Source of the DNA: Pseudodesulfovibrio mercurii
Lineage (GTDB): Bacteria > Desulfobacterota > Desulfovibrionia > Desulfovibrionales > Desulfovibrionaceae
Direction: 5' to 3'
Length of the DNA stretch: 32,000 bases
NCBI RefSeq assembly: GCF_000189295.2
Contig: NC_016803.1
Span: forward strand, 2,610,001 to 2,642,000
The notes under the pieces were generated by a model, which made no database searches, was not told the DNA's origin, and saw nothing but the letters and a program-made list of their open reading frames with translations. The position numbers and the translations under genes are program-made. Of this stretch, positions 1 through 9,030 are shown piece after piece (positions within the stretch are counted from its first letter, which is position 1; each line of letters opens with the position of its first letter).

Positions 1-69
1 AGGAGTATGGGCGAGCGGGACATGCATCCTCCACCAGGGGCGGAACCCGCCGGTTCCGCCGGGTTGTCG

Positions 70-118
70 AAAAGGGCCGGGGCGCGGTCTCCGGACGATA
101 CCCGATACCGCGCGCCCC
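70..118 (-). terminator. candidate intrinsic terminator downstream of the BMP-family gene
   Basis: On the minus strand, plus-strand 79-88 (GGGGCGCGGT) pairs with 107-118 (ACCGCGCGCCCC) with a 2-nt bulge. A U-run (plus-strand AAAA, 70-73) follows after 5 nt. It lies about 60 nt past the stop codon at 181-183. The gap between stem and U-run is longer than ideal. Confidence 0.3.
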
Positions 119-180
119 GCCAAGCGGACGGACGGCGGCGGACCCTCGCCCGCCGCCGGAGAACCGTCCGGCCGGACCGG

Positions 181-1173
181 CTACTTGTCCATGATGTCGA
201 AGTAGTTGGTGACCTTGATCTTGCCGGAGATGATGTCCGCCTTGGCCTGGTCAACGCGCGTCCGCATGGCCGGGGTGATCAGCGACTCGTTGTACTTGTC
301 CAGGGCGTAGTCCACCCCGCCCTCGGCCAGGCCCAGGACCTTCACGCCGGGCTTCCAGGTGCCCTGCTCGGCGTCGCGCATGGCCTCGAACACGGCCAGG
401 TCCACGCGCTTGACCATGGAGGTCAGCACGCTGCCGGGATGGATGTAGTTCTGGTTGGAGTCCACGCCGATGGAGAACTTCCTGGCGTCGGCCGCTGCCT
501 GGAGCACGCCCATGCCCGAACCGCCCGCCGCCGTGAAGACCACGTCCGCGCCCCGGTCGAACTGGGAGCGGGCCAGCTCGCCCGCCTTGATAGGATCGCC
601 CCAGGCCGCCGGGGTGGTCCCGGTCATGTTCTCGAAGACCACGATGTCCTTGTTCACGTACCGCGCGCCCTCCTTGTAGCCCAGGGCGAACTTGCGTATC
701 AGCGGCACGTCCATGCCGCCCACGAACCCGACCTTGCCGGTCTCGGACTTCATGGCCGCGATCATGCCCACCAGGAACGAGCCCTCATGCTCCTTGAAGA
801 CCACGGACTCCACGTTGGGCTGGTCCACGACCATGTCGATGATCACGAACCGGGTGTCCGGGAACTCCGGCGCGATCTTCTCCAGGGCCGAGGCGTAGGA
901 GAAGCCCACCACCACGATCAGGTCGCTGCCCCTGGACGCGAACCGGCGCAACGCCTGCTCGTACTGGGACTCGTTGGTCGGCTCGAAGTCCCGGTACTTG
1001 ATGCCCGAGACCTCGGAAAAATGTTCGGCCCCCATGTGCGCGGCCTGGTTGAACGACTTGTCGAACTTGCCGCCCAGATCGTAGATCACGGCGGGATTCA
1101 GGGCCAACGCGCTGCCGGCGGAAAACGCCAGAACCAAGGCAGCCACGGCCGCCATCAACAATTTGCGGAACAT
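181..1173 (-). CDS. BMP-family (Med/TmpC-like) ABC-transporter substrate-binding lipoprotein, probably nucleoside-binding
   Basis: The ORF 181..1467 was trimmed to the internal ATG at 1171-1173, which is preceded by a GGAGGG Shine-Dalgarno. The product starts MFRKLLMAAVAALVLAFSAGSALA (signal peptide). It continues with typical BMP-family strings: VIYDLGGKFDKSFNQ, DLIVVVGF, RFVIIDMVV, SVVFKEHEGSFLVG, GFVGGMD.PLI.KF..GY..GA, FTAAGGSG.GV, IGVDSNQ. Confidence 0.85.
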   Translation of the reverse strand: MFRKLLMAAVAALVLAFSAGSALALNPAVIYDLGGKFDKSFNQAAHMGAEHFSEVSGIKYRDFEPTNESQYEQALRRFASRGSDLIVVVGFSYASALEKIAPEFPDTRFVIIDMVVDQPNVESVVFKEHEGSFLVGMIAAMKSETGKVGFVGGMDVPLIRKFALGYKEGARYVNKDIVVFENMTGTTPAAWGDPIKAGELARSQFDRGADVVFTAAGGSGMGVLQAAADARKFSIGVDSNQNYIHPGSVLTSMVKRVDLAVFEAMRDAEQGTWKPGVKVLGLAEGGVDYALDKYNESLITPAMRTRVDQAKADIISGKIKVTNYFDIMDK

Positions 1174-1590
1174 GCATCCCTCCAAAACGGTTTCGCGGGA
1201 TTCCCCTCTCCCGCAACAATGACCACAACCGGGCCGGTTCGCGCCCGCACCGCCCGCGCCCACACGCGCACGGCGGCACCGTAAGTCATACGCTATCCCC
1301 GGCCGGACGCCAACCCGAAGATGCCGCCCCATGGTCGGGACTTGGGTAGAGGGGAAATGCCCTCGCCGGGCGGGCGCCTCCGGCGGGCAGGGCGCCGCCC
1401 TATCGCTGCTGTCGACGGCTCTAAGACCGAGCAAGCTCGGCCTAAGACCCGACGCGCCCCCGCTCAAGGCCGAGGGCCTTGAGAATCCCGTCGCCTCGCC
1501 GCGCTCGGGGTTGAGCGCGGGGAGGCGGCGTGTCGGGACGGTGGAAAGAGAAGGGAAGCTATCGCGTTACCCCATCCGCGCAGCGGCACA

Positions 1591-1775
1591 AAAAAGTTTA
1601 GGAAGGAAAAGGGGATGGGGGTCCGGGTGAAGGGGAGAGGGACAACCCTTTTCACCAATCCGCAGGACAGCAGATTTGGACCGCGCCCGCTTCGGGCGCG
1701 ACCCCGAAGGGGCGCAGGCCACGGACGGCCTGCGTCAAAGGGTTTCCCTCTCCCCTTCCCCCGGCCGCCGGAGGC
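1591..1775 (+). repeat. intergenic palindromic element, copy A (related to 28186..28271)
   Basis: It starts AAAAAAGTTTAGGA. The inverted arms are GAAGGGGAGAGGGACAACCCTTTT (1629-1652) and AAAGGGTTTCCCTCTCCCCTTC (1737-1758), complementary except for a 1-nt bulge. The 84-nt spacer holds three GC hairpins: 1682-1700, CCCCGAAGGGG, and GCAGGCC..GGCCTGC. The element ends GGCCGCCGGAGGC (1763-1775). It lies just downstream of the minus-strand gene 1792..2577 and may also act as its terminator. Confidence 0.4.
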
Positions 1776-1791
1776 GTCCGCCCGGGGCGGG

Positions 1792-2577
1792 TTAGTTGAA
1801 GAGGTCGCTGATGGCGTCGCGGATGCTGCCCTTGATTTCGTCCTTGGTGGCTTCCTTGGCGTCGGTGCCGATTTCCTTGGCGTCGTCGCCCAGGCCCATG
1901 TCATTGCTCTGGTTCTGGGAGGGCTGCTGCACCTGGACCTGCTGGGCGTTGGACGGGAGCTTGTAGTAGCTGGAGGCGAGGCTCTTCACGGCCAGCTTGG
2001 TCAGGCGCATCTCGTCGCCGTAGCGCAGGATGCCGCCGTAGCCCATCTTCCTGGCCTCATCCAGGGAGTCCTGGAAGGACTGGCCCATGGACTGGGTCAG
2101 GGCGTCGGCCATGGCCATCCAGGCGTCGGTGATCTTCTTGATGTTGGCGTGGGTGGACAGGACCATCTGGTCGCGGCGCACGACCTTGCCGTCCTCGAGG
2201 ACCACGGCGTTGTAGATGGTGCCCTTGTAGCCGGCCACGGTTTCGGTCTTGCCGGTCTTTTCGTAGCGCACCTCGTAGTCCGGCTCGGACCCGCCGCCGA
2301 ACATGGAGGTCATGCCGGACGCCATGCCCTTGGACATGGCGCTGAGGTCGTAGACCTGGCACTGGCCGGAGTCGCAGTTCACGGAATAAACCTTGCCGCC
2401 CGAGAGCAGGGTGTAGGCCGTGGGCGAGGTGTCCATGCGGACGTGTTCGGCGTCGCGGGTGCACAACGTGACCATGGTCCCGTCGGTGTACTTGTAGGTG
2501 GCGATGATGTCGGACGCGGCCTGGGCGGCCATGGGCATGGCCAGGACAAGACAGAGTAGAAGAATGATCCTGCGCAT
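1792..2577 (-). CDS. secreted hypothetical protein (261 aa)
   Basis: The ATG at 2575-2577 is preceded by GAGGAG. The N-terminus MRRIILLLCLVLAMPMAAQAAS is a signal peptide. Amino-acid composition is ordinary (not R/G/P-rich), with a Q/N-rich linker and a charged tail. I recognise no family. It lies 116 bp downstream of the giant vWA gene on the same strand. Confidence 0.7.
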   Translation of the reverse strand: MRRIILLLCLVLAMPMAAQAASDIIATYKYTDGTMVTLCTRDAEHVRMDTSPTAYTLLSGGKVYSVNCDSGQCQVYDLSAMSKGMASGMTSMFGGGSEPDYEVRYEKTGKTETVAGYKGTIYNAVVLEDGKVVRRDQMVLSTHANIKKITDAWMAMADALTQSMGQSFQDSLDEARKMGYGGILRYGDEMRLTKLAVKSLASSYYKLPSNAQQVQVQQPSQNQSNDMGLGDDAKEIGTDAKEATKDEIKGSIRDAISDLFN

Positions 2578-2693
2578 TGAGTCAGCTCCTCACGGTTCTC
2601 CCCGTGGTTGTTCACGTTCCCGCCCGGCACGATGCCGTTTTCGAGAAAACCTTAATCATAAATAAAGAATTGTTTCAATCCATGAATATGTAT

Positions 2694-5600
2694 CTATCCT
2701 CCGGCCTGGGAGAAATAGAAATTGACCCCGTCCTTGAACCCGCCCTCGAAGCCGCCGAGGTCGATCTTGGGTTCCTTGAGCTTGTCGTACCAGCCCTTGC
2801 CGGTCTTGGCCGCGTTCACGGCCCCGGCCCCGGCGCCGGTGTAGGTGGTCTCGATCTGGGATGAGCCGACGGCCCCCTTGAACTGGAAGTCGCCCACCTT
2901 GACCGAGGCCGAGAAGTTGTCGGCCAGTCCCAGGGCGAACTTTTTGGCTTCGGTCATGATCTGCTTGTAGTCGTCGAGGACCAGGGAGAAGGCGGACACG
3001 GACCAGATGGACGAGGAGATGCCCACCAGGCCGCCGGTGACGTAGTCCAGCCCCTGCTTCCACAGGTCGCTGAAGACCCGTTCGACCATGCCGCCGCGCT
3101 CGCCGGTGTCGAGAACCGCGATGGTCCGGTAGGTGTCCGGGTCCACTTCGAGCCAGGCCCAGCGCGGGCGGCCGTCGAGGATGGCGGGCTGGTCCGGGAA
3201 GAGGACCGTGGCCCGGCTCTGGTTCAGGAGGCGGAAGACGCGGTCCGGGACCGCCTTTTTCAGGTCTTCGGCCATGGCGGCGCGGGCGTCGGCGGTCAGC
3301 CACAGAAAGCGGGTGTCCGCCGGGTAGCGCGGGAGCAGCTGGTAGAAGCCCACGCCGTCCGGACCCAGAACCTTGGCCTCGAGCTGGGAGGCGAACAGGC
3401 CGGACAGGATGTTGAAGGCGCGCACGGCCTCCGGGTTCGTGCCGGGCGCGGGCTGGACCTGGTTGGCGGCCTGGCGCAGGTCCAGGGCGGTGCGCACGGG
3501 CTGGTCCGGTCCGGTGCGGGACACGGTGGCGATGAGGCAGCGCGGGGTCGTGGTCCGGCCCACGGTGAGCTTGAGGGTCCCGGCCAGGGAGCGTTCGTAT
3601 TCGGACTGGGCGCAGACGAAGCGGTACAGCCGGTTGCGGGCGTACCACCTGAGGGCGGACAGGTTGTCCGGGGCGTCCTCCAGCTTGTGCACGGCCCGCA
3701 TGGTCTTGTCGAGCTTGCGGACCGCGTCCATGTCCATGTCGGGCAGGTTCAGGCCCAGGCAGTGGTAGCGGTCGGTCAGGGATTCGTTTTCATCCACCGG
3801 GAGTTCCAGGACCAGCTGGCGCTGGTTCAGGGTGATGGACAGCCGCTCGGCCACGATCACGTAGTCGCCGGTGTCCACGGCGTCCGCGCCGATGACCCGG
3901 CCGTCGTTGCCGTCGAAGATCGCCTTGATGACCGGGCCGTTGCCGTACCCGGCCAGGGTGAAGCCGAGGTCCACGGCCCCGCGCGACAGGGCGGGCAGGG
4001 ACGGGGAGGCCGTGAGCAGGTGGAGCTCCACGGGGGCGCCCGCGTCCGACTCGCCGGACAGGGCGTCGGACAGCTCGCGCCCGGCCCGGGCCTGGCCGGT
4101 CTGGACCGGCCGGGCCAGCACGCTGACCGTGACGGACGCGGTCATGGGCTCGGCGGACGGGTCGTCGTCGGCCACCTTGCGGATCAGGCCGGGCAGCTTG
4201 GCCTCGGTCTCCAGGAACGGGGCCACCAGGACGTGTTTGTTGCCGTCCGCGTCGCGGTATTCCAGGGCGGGCACGGCGTAGGCGTCGGTACGTTCCAGCC
4301 CGGCCAGCCTGGCCAGGGCCTGCCGACCCCGGTCGGTCAGCTCCAGGGAGAGCCGCCTGGTCTTGACGCCCTGCCGGGCCAGGACCAGCTCGGCCATGCG
4401 CGCGAAGTCGGCCGGGCCGCCCCAGTTCTGGACCAGGACCGCCTGGGGCGCGAACAGGTGGCGCCATTCGCCCAGGTCGGCGGGCAGGCAGCGCACGGTC
4501 TTGAGCCGCGCCTTGAGCGCCTTGAGGGTCTTGATGTCCGCGAACTCGGCCTGGGCCGGGTCGGTGATCTCGGGCACGGCCACGGCCCGGACCGGGGGAG
4601 CGTCGCCGTCCAGGTCCGTGGCCTTGGGCCGGTACGCGCCGGGCTTCTCGAAACGGCGCGCGGCCCGCTGCCGGGCCAACTCGGCCACGGCCTCCTCGAA
4701 GGCGACCATGGACCCCTCGCCGTAGGGCTGTTCGGCACCCTGGCGGCGGACCAGGAGGCGTCCCTCGGGGTAGGGCTCGTCGCCCACGGGCTGTTTCAGG
4801 TCCGGGAACAGGGGCGAGGTCAGGTCCCAGGCCGCCGGGTCGGGCTCGGAGGGCGGCAGGCTGAACAGGATCAGGCCGCGCAGGCTGCCGCCGTCCGGGA
4901 CGATGGTCTCGTCGGTCACGCCGAAGACCAGGTCCGCCGTGTCCAGGGCCGGGGGCATGGTGCCCACCGGGATGAGCGCGTTGTCCGCGGCGAATCCGGC
5001 CAGCCCCTTGCTCTTGGTCCAGTCCAGGGGCGGGGGCTCGAAGCCCGGTCCGGGCGTGAAGTTCCTGTTTCTGAGGATGAACGCGTCCACCAGCTGGGTG
5101 GCCTTGCCGTCCTTTTGGTCGAACAGGGTCAGGTCGGCCACGTACAGGTTCTCGCGGTCGGGCAGGGGGGCTAAGCCGTTGACCACCAGGGCCACGCCGT
5201 CGCCCTTGAGGGCGTCGTCCGGCGCGGTCCGGGGGACGGCCTTGGCCGCGCGCTCGTCCAGGGGCACGACCACGCCGCCGCCCTTGACGTCCACCACCAG
5301 CTCGCCCTTGCCCGCCTCCCCGGCCACGTCGCCCGGCACGCGGAAGACGAGGCGGACGCGGTTGTTCGAGCCCGGCGAGAGCAGGGTCGGGGCGTAGAAG
5401 CCCATGGGCAGCAGGGCCGTGGCCTCGTGCAGGCGCACGTTCAGCGCGCCCTCGGCGGTGTTCAGGCGCAGGGAGAAGCGCTCGGCTGGGTTGACGTCGA
5501 GCAGGGCCTGGACCTTGGACGTGAAGTCCGCCTCGACCACCCGGAAGACGCCGCCCTCCTCGGCCTGGACAGCGCCGATGCGGGTCACGTCCCGGACCTC

Positions 5601-8600
5601 GCGCACGGCCAGGGAGAAGGCGTCGGACAGTCTGACCGGCGGCTTGGCGGGCAGCGTGCTCAGCCGGTCCGCGCCCGTGGGCATGGCCCCGACCAGGGGG
5701 ATCTCGGCGTGGCCGTAGTTGACGTCGTAGAAATGCAGGGAGAGCTGGCGCATGTTCCCGTCGGGCACCAGGAAGACCACGGTGCCCCGGACGGTCTCCT
5801 TGGGCGGCACGGCCACGGCCGGTTCGTCCGGGAGGGTCAGCGGGGTCTCGGCCAGCCAGGTGGCCGGGGAGACCGGGGTCATGACCGCGTCGTTCCAGCG
5901 CAGGAACAGGTGCCGCTTGAGGTCCGGGATGACGTAGGTGGGGACCATCTCCACGACCTTGCCCGTGGTGGCCTTGTCGTTGCCCACCCAGGCCGCCGGG
6001 TGGTTGGACCCGTCGGGGTAGACCAGGACCTGCTGCTTGGGCAGGACGTTTTGCAGGTCCACGGCCAGGGCCAGGTAGCGGTAGTGGTCCGGGGCGTCCA
6101 GGCCGCGCAGCCGGTCCAGGAACCAGGCGGACTCCACGGTGAACTTGGCGGCCTTGTTGCCGCCCGTGACCCCGATGGGGATGCGCTTGGTGATGCGCGC
6201 GTCGCGCACGGGCACCCCGTCGCCGGTGAGCAGGGCCGACACGGCCGGGTCGTAGCGCTCCCTGAGCTCGGCCAGCTCGTAGCCGATGGCGGCCGGAATC
6301 TCCACGGTGTCGTCGGTCTTGAGCGGCGGCAGCTCGGTCTGGTCCGCCCCGGCAAAGGTCAGGTTGCGGCCGTTTTGCAGCCGGTGGCGCACGGTCAGCT
6401 CGACCATGGTTCGGACCGCGTCGCCGGACGGCACGGGCTTGCGGATGTCCGCCACCAGCCCGTCGAAGGCCCGGCCCAGTTCGGCCGGGTCCTCGGTCAG
6501 GACGTAGCTGCCGCCGGAGATTTCGGCCGCGCGCTTGAAGGGCGCGGGGTCGAGTTCGCCGATGCCGACCCACAGGCAGTAGACGCCCTCGTCGCGCAGC
6601 TTGGCCAGGGTGGTCTCGAAGAACAGCTTGTCCTCGGGCTCCACGTCTAGGGCCGCGTCGGTGATGAACAGCAGGTAGCGGCGGGTGGACGGGATGGCCC
6701 GCTGGGTCTCGAGCACGGCGGCCACGGCCCCGGCGATCTCGGTGCCGCCGTCGGCGTACAGGTCGTTCATGGCCGCGAGCATTTCGCCCGTGTTGGCCGT
6801 GGTCACCTGTTCGATGACGTTCTGGTCCGAGAAGGTCATGCCCTGGGCCAGGACCTCGTCGGGCAGGGCCGCGAGGAAATCGTGCAGGATGGCTTTGACC
6901 TTGTCCATGCGGTAGTTGCAGCCGCTGAAGTCCGGGGTCTTGTCCATGGACCCGGAGATGTCCACCATGCAGGTGACCACCGGCACGTTGGACGGCCGCC
7001 CGCGCGTGGGCCGCTCGTACCGGGCGGTGAAGGTGTTGGCCAGGTTGGCGTTGACCACGGCGAAGGCCTTGTCCAGGGCTCCGGGGTCCGAGGCCGGGTA
7101 GTAGCGCCCGCCGGACAGGGACGCGATGCGGTCCAGGGTGGACACGTCGTGCCCCTTGCCGAAGCCGATGGTGAAGACCGGCACGCCGCCGGTCTTGACC
7201 GCGTCCAGGACCTCCCGCCTGGTGGCCTTGGAGCCCGGCCCGGTGTCGTTGAAGTTGGCGTCGAACCCGTCGGTGAAGACGAGCAGGGCGGGCCGTTTGG
7301 CCCCGGCCAGCATGTGCAGGCCGAGGAGCACGGCGTCGTTCAGGCAGGTGGCCCCGTTGGCCTTGATCCCGGCCAGCCCCTTGAGGGCCGCGTCGCGGGT
7401 CTCGCCCGGCAGCGCCCTGGGCTTGGTGTCGAAGTCCACCACGCGCACCCGGGCGTCCGCGGGCAGGGCGGCGATGAATTTCCGGGTGGCGTCGAGGGCG
7501 TTGCGCATTTGCCCCTTCATGGACCCCGAGGAGTCCACCAGCAGGACGATGTCCAGCGGCAGCCGGGTGCGCTCCACCGAGACCACCCGGGCCGGGGAGC
7601 CGCCCTCCCTGACGGTCAGGTCGGCGGCCAGGGGGACCATGCCCTCGGCGTCGGGCCCGTAGAGGGAGAAGGTCGCGTCCACGTGGTTGCCCTTGCGCTC
7701 GACGGCGTTGACCGCCAGCCCGTTGCCGCCCTCGGCCGCGAAGACCGAGGTCATGGCCAGGGGCCAGTCCAGGACGGTCTCACGGCCCGAGTGCACGGGC
7801 ACGAACTGGGCGCGCACGGCCGTGGCCGTCTTGAGGCTGGTGGGCAGGACCTCCACCTGCCACAGACCGGCGGGCATGAGGAAATAGGCGTCCCCCTCGG
7901 GGGTCACGTCGCCGTTCTCGAACCCGGTGCCGTCCGGGAACTCCGGGTGGAAGGCGTGGACCGCCCCGAAGCGGTTCACGGCGCGGATGCGGGCCAGGCC
8001 GTAGGGCACGTTGCGGATGCGCAGGGCCCCGAGCTTCTCGCCCATGCGCACCTTGGGCACGGGGTAGGGGTGCTCGTTCAGGGTCACGGACACGGCGGTC
8101 GCGTCCGAGCCCGGATTGGTGGACAGGATGAAGTGGCAGACCCCGGCCTCCTGGGGCAGGCCGTCGATGGCGAAGCGCTGGGCCCGGCCGCCGTTCAGGG
8201 ACCACTTGCCCGCGATCTCGCGGCGGTACGCCCCGGCGCGCAGGATCTCCTCGGCCTCCAGGTAGCATTCGCCCGAGGGCAGCGTGACGGTCAGGCTGCG
8301 GTACCGGCCGCCGGGGTTGTCCGTGAAGAAGCGGACCTCCACGCGCTCCTCCCCGGCCAGGGGAAAGGACACGGTCCGGCCGGGGTCCAGGCGCAGGGTC
8401 CGGACCACGGCCAGGTCCAGGCCGTTTTCGAAGCGGCCCTTGCACCACCAGACCACGCCGTTGCCCGCGTCCTTGCGCAGGAGCAGGTGGAACTCGTCGT
8501 CGCGCAGGAGTTCCGCGCCCTGCGCCTCGGCGAACGCCTTGAGGGCCGCGATCATGGTCGGCAGCTCGTCGCCGGAATAGGTGTAGTACCAGGCGTCCCC

Positions 8601-8798
8601 CTGGATCTCGCGGGTCTCCAGGCCGTCCCCGCGCGGGATGGCCACCTCGATCTCGGCGTTGGCCGCGGGGTTGATGTCGACCACCTCGCGGAACCCGGCC
8701 AGGGGGTCGAAGGACGGGACCTCGTCCAGGGCCCAGGCTGCGGGACAGGCGGTCAGGACGGTCAGGATCAGGACCAGGCGGAACGCGAAGCGGTGCAT
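2694..8798 (-). CDS. giant secreted protein (2,034 aa) with two tandem von Willebrand factor A (vWA) domains
   Basis: The ORF 2694..8999 was trimmed to the ATG at 8796-8798, preceded by GGAGGT. The product starts MHRFAFRLVLILTVLTACPAAWALDEV (signal peptide). vWA domain 1 spans about 7029-7556 and has the MIDAS motif VLLVDSSGSM (Asp codon at 7533-7535). vWA domain 2 spans about 6435-6971 and has MVDISGSM. The remaining ~1,250 aa have normal composition, and I recognise no domain in them. Confidence 0.85.
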   Translation of the reverse strand: MHRFAFRLVLILTVLTACPAAWALDEVPSFDPLAGFREVVDINPAANAEIEVAIPRGDGLETREIQGDAWYYTYSGDELPTMIAALKAFAEAQGAELLRDDEFHLLLRKDAGNGVVWWCKGRFENGLDLAVVRTLRLDPGRTVSFPLAGEERVEVRFFTDNPGGRYRSLTVTLPSGECYLEAEEILRAGAYRREIAGKWSLNGGRAQRFAIDGLPQEAGVCHFILSTNPGSDATAVSVTLNEHPYPVPKVRMGEKLGALRIRNVPYGLARIRAVNRFGAVHAFHPEFPDGTGFENGDVTPEGDAYFLMPAGLWQVEVLPTSLKTATAVRAQFVPVHSGRETVLDWPLAMTSVFAAEGGNGLAVNAVERKGNHVDATFSLYGPDAEGMVPLAADLTVREGGSPARVVSVERTRLPLDIVLLVDSSGSMKGQMRNALDATRKFIAALPADARVRVVDFDTKPRALPGETRDAALKGLAGIKANGATCLNDAVLLGLHMLAGAKRPALLVFTDGFDANFNDTGPGSKATRREVLDAVKTGGVPVFTIGFGKGHDVSTLDRIASLSGGRYYPASDPGALDKAFAVVNANLANTFTARYERPTRGRPSNVPVVTCMVDISGSMDKTPDFSGCNYRMDKVKAILHDFLAALPDEVLAQGMTFSDQNVIEQVTTANTGEMLAAMNDLYADGGTEIAGAVAAVLETQRAIPSTRRYLLFITDAALDVEPEDKLFFETTLAKLRDEGVYCLWVGIGELDPAPFKRAAEISGGSYVLTEDPAELGRAFDGLVADIRKPVPSGDAVRTMVELTVRHRLQNGRNLTFAGADQTELPPLKTDDTVEIPAAIGYELAELRERYDPAVSALLTGDGVPVRDARITKRIPIGVTGGNKAAKFTVESAWFLDRLRGLDAPDHYRYLALAVDLQNVLPKQQVLVYPDGSNHPAAWVGNDKATTGKVVEMVPTYVIPDLKRHLFLRWNDAVMTPVSPATWLAETPLTLPDEPAVAVPPKETVRGTVVFLVPDGNMRQLSLHFYDVNYGHAEIPLVGAMPTGADRLSTLPAKPPVRLSDAFSLAVREVRDVTRIGAVQAEEGGVFRVVEADFTSKVQALLDVNPAERFSLRLNTAEGALNVRLHEATALLPMGFYAPTLLSPGSNNRVRLVFRVPGDVAGEAGKGELVVDVKGGGVVVPLDERAAKAVPRTAPDDALKGDGVALVVNGLAPLPDRENLYVADLTLFDQKDGKATQLVDAFILRNRNFTPGPGFEPPPLDWTKSKGLAGFAADNALIPVGTMPPALDTADLVFGVTDETIVPDGGSLRGLILFSLPPSEPDPAAWDLTSPLFPDLKQPVGDEPYPEGRLLVRRQGAEQPYGEGSMVAFEEAVAELARQRAARRFEKPGAYRPKATDLDGDAPPVRAVAVPEITDPAQAEFADIKTLKALKARLKTVRCLPADLGEWRHLFAPQAVLVQNWGGPADFARMAELVLARQGVKTRRLSLELTDRGRQALARLAGLERTDAYAVPALEYRDADGNKHVLVAPFLETEAKLPGLIRKVADDDPSAEPMTASVTVSVLARPVQTGQARAGRELSDALSGESDAGAPVELHLLTASPSLPALSRGAVDLGFTLAGYGNGPVIKAIFDGNDGRVIGADAVDTGDYVIVAERLSITLNQRQLVLELPVDENESLTDRYHCLGLNLPDMDMDAVRKLDKTMRAVHKLEDAPDNLSALRWYARNRLYRFVCAQSEYERSLAGTLKLTVGRTTTPRCLIATVSRTGPDQPVRTALDLRQAANQVQPAPGTNPEAVRAFNILSGLFASQLEAKVLGPDGVGFYQLLPRYPADTRFLWLTADARAAMAEDLKKAVPDRVFRLLNQSRATVLFPDQPAILDGRPRWAWLEVDPDTYRTIAVLDTGERGGMVERVFSDLWKQGLDYVTGGLVGISSSIWSVSAFSLVLDDYKQIMTEAKKFALGLADNFSASVKVGDFQFKGAVGSSQIETTYTGAGAGAVNAAKTGKGWYDKLKEPKIDLGGFEGGFKDGVNFYFSQAGG

Positions 8799-9030
8799 GC
8801 CTACCTCCGGGTTGGGGATGACGCTTATATTCCCATAGCCAATCTTTATGTTCCGGGCAAACTTGTGACCGCCCCGCGCGGCGGGCGTATATGGGCCGCG
8901 CAAGGCGGCGGGAGGAGCGGAGGCGGGCGCACCATCCCCGCCCCGGCCGGATTCCGCTGGCGTTATTTTCGTACAGCGGATATTCTGCGCGGAACTCATA
9001 CGCGTTCATCTTTTTCGGCGAGGAGAGCCC

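Noticed and set aside
7-1284. 425-aa plus-strand ORF covering the BMP-family gene region
   Set aside because: It is antisense to a gene with clear family motifs, a signal peptide and a Shine-Dalgarno. Its own translation is R/G/H/V low-complexity with no motif. This is a typical high-GC shadow ORF.
3790-6573. 927-aa minus-strand ORF (and many 60-500-aa ORFs on both strands) inside the giant vWA gene
   Set aside because: It is an off-frame or antisense reading of 2694..8798. The translations are dominated by R, P and G runs (for example RPGRPGPLPLPGPGRGP) with no start context. The in-frame product has normal composition and vWA motifs.
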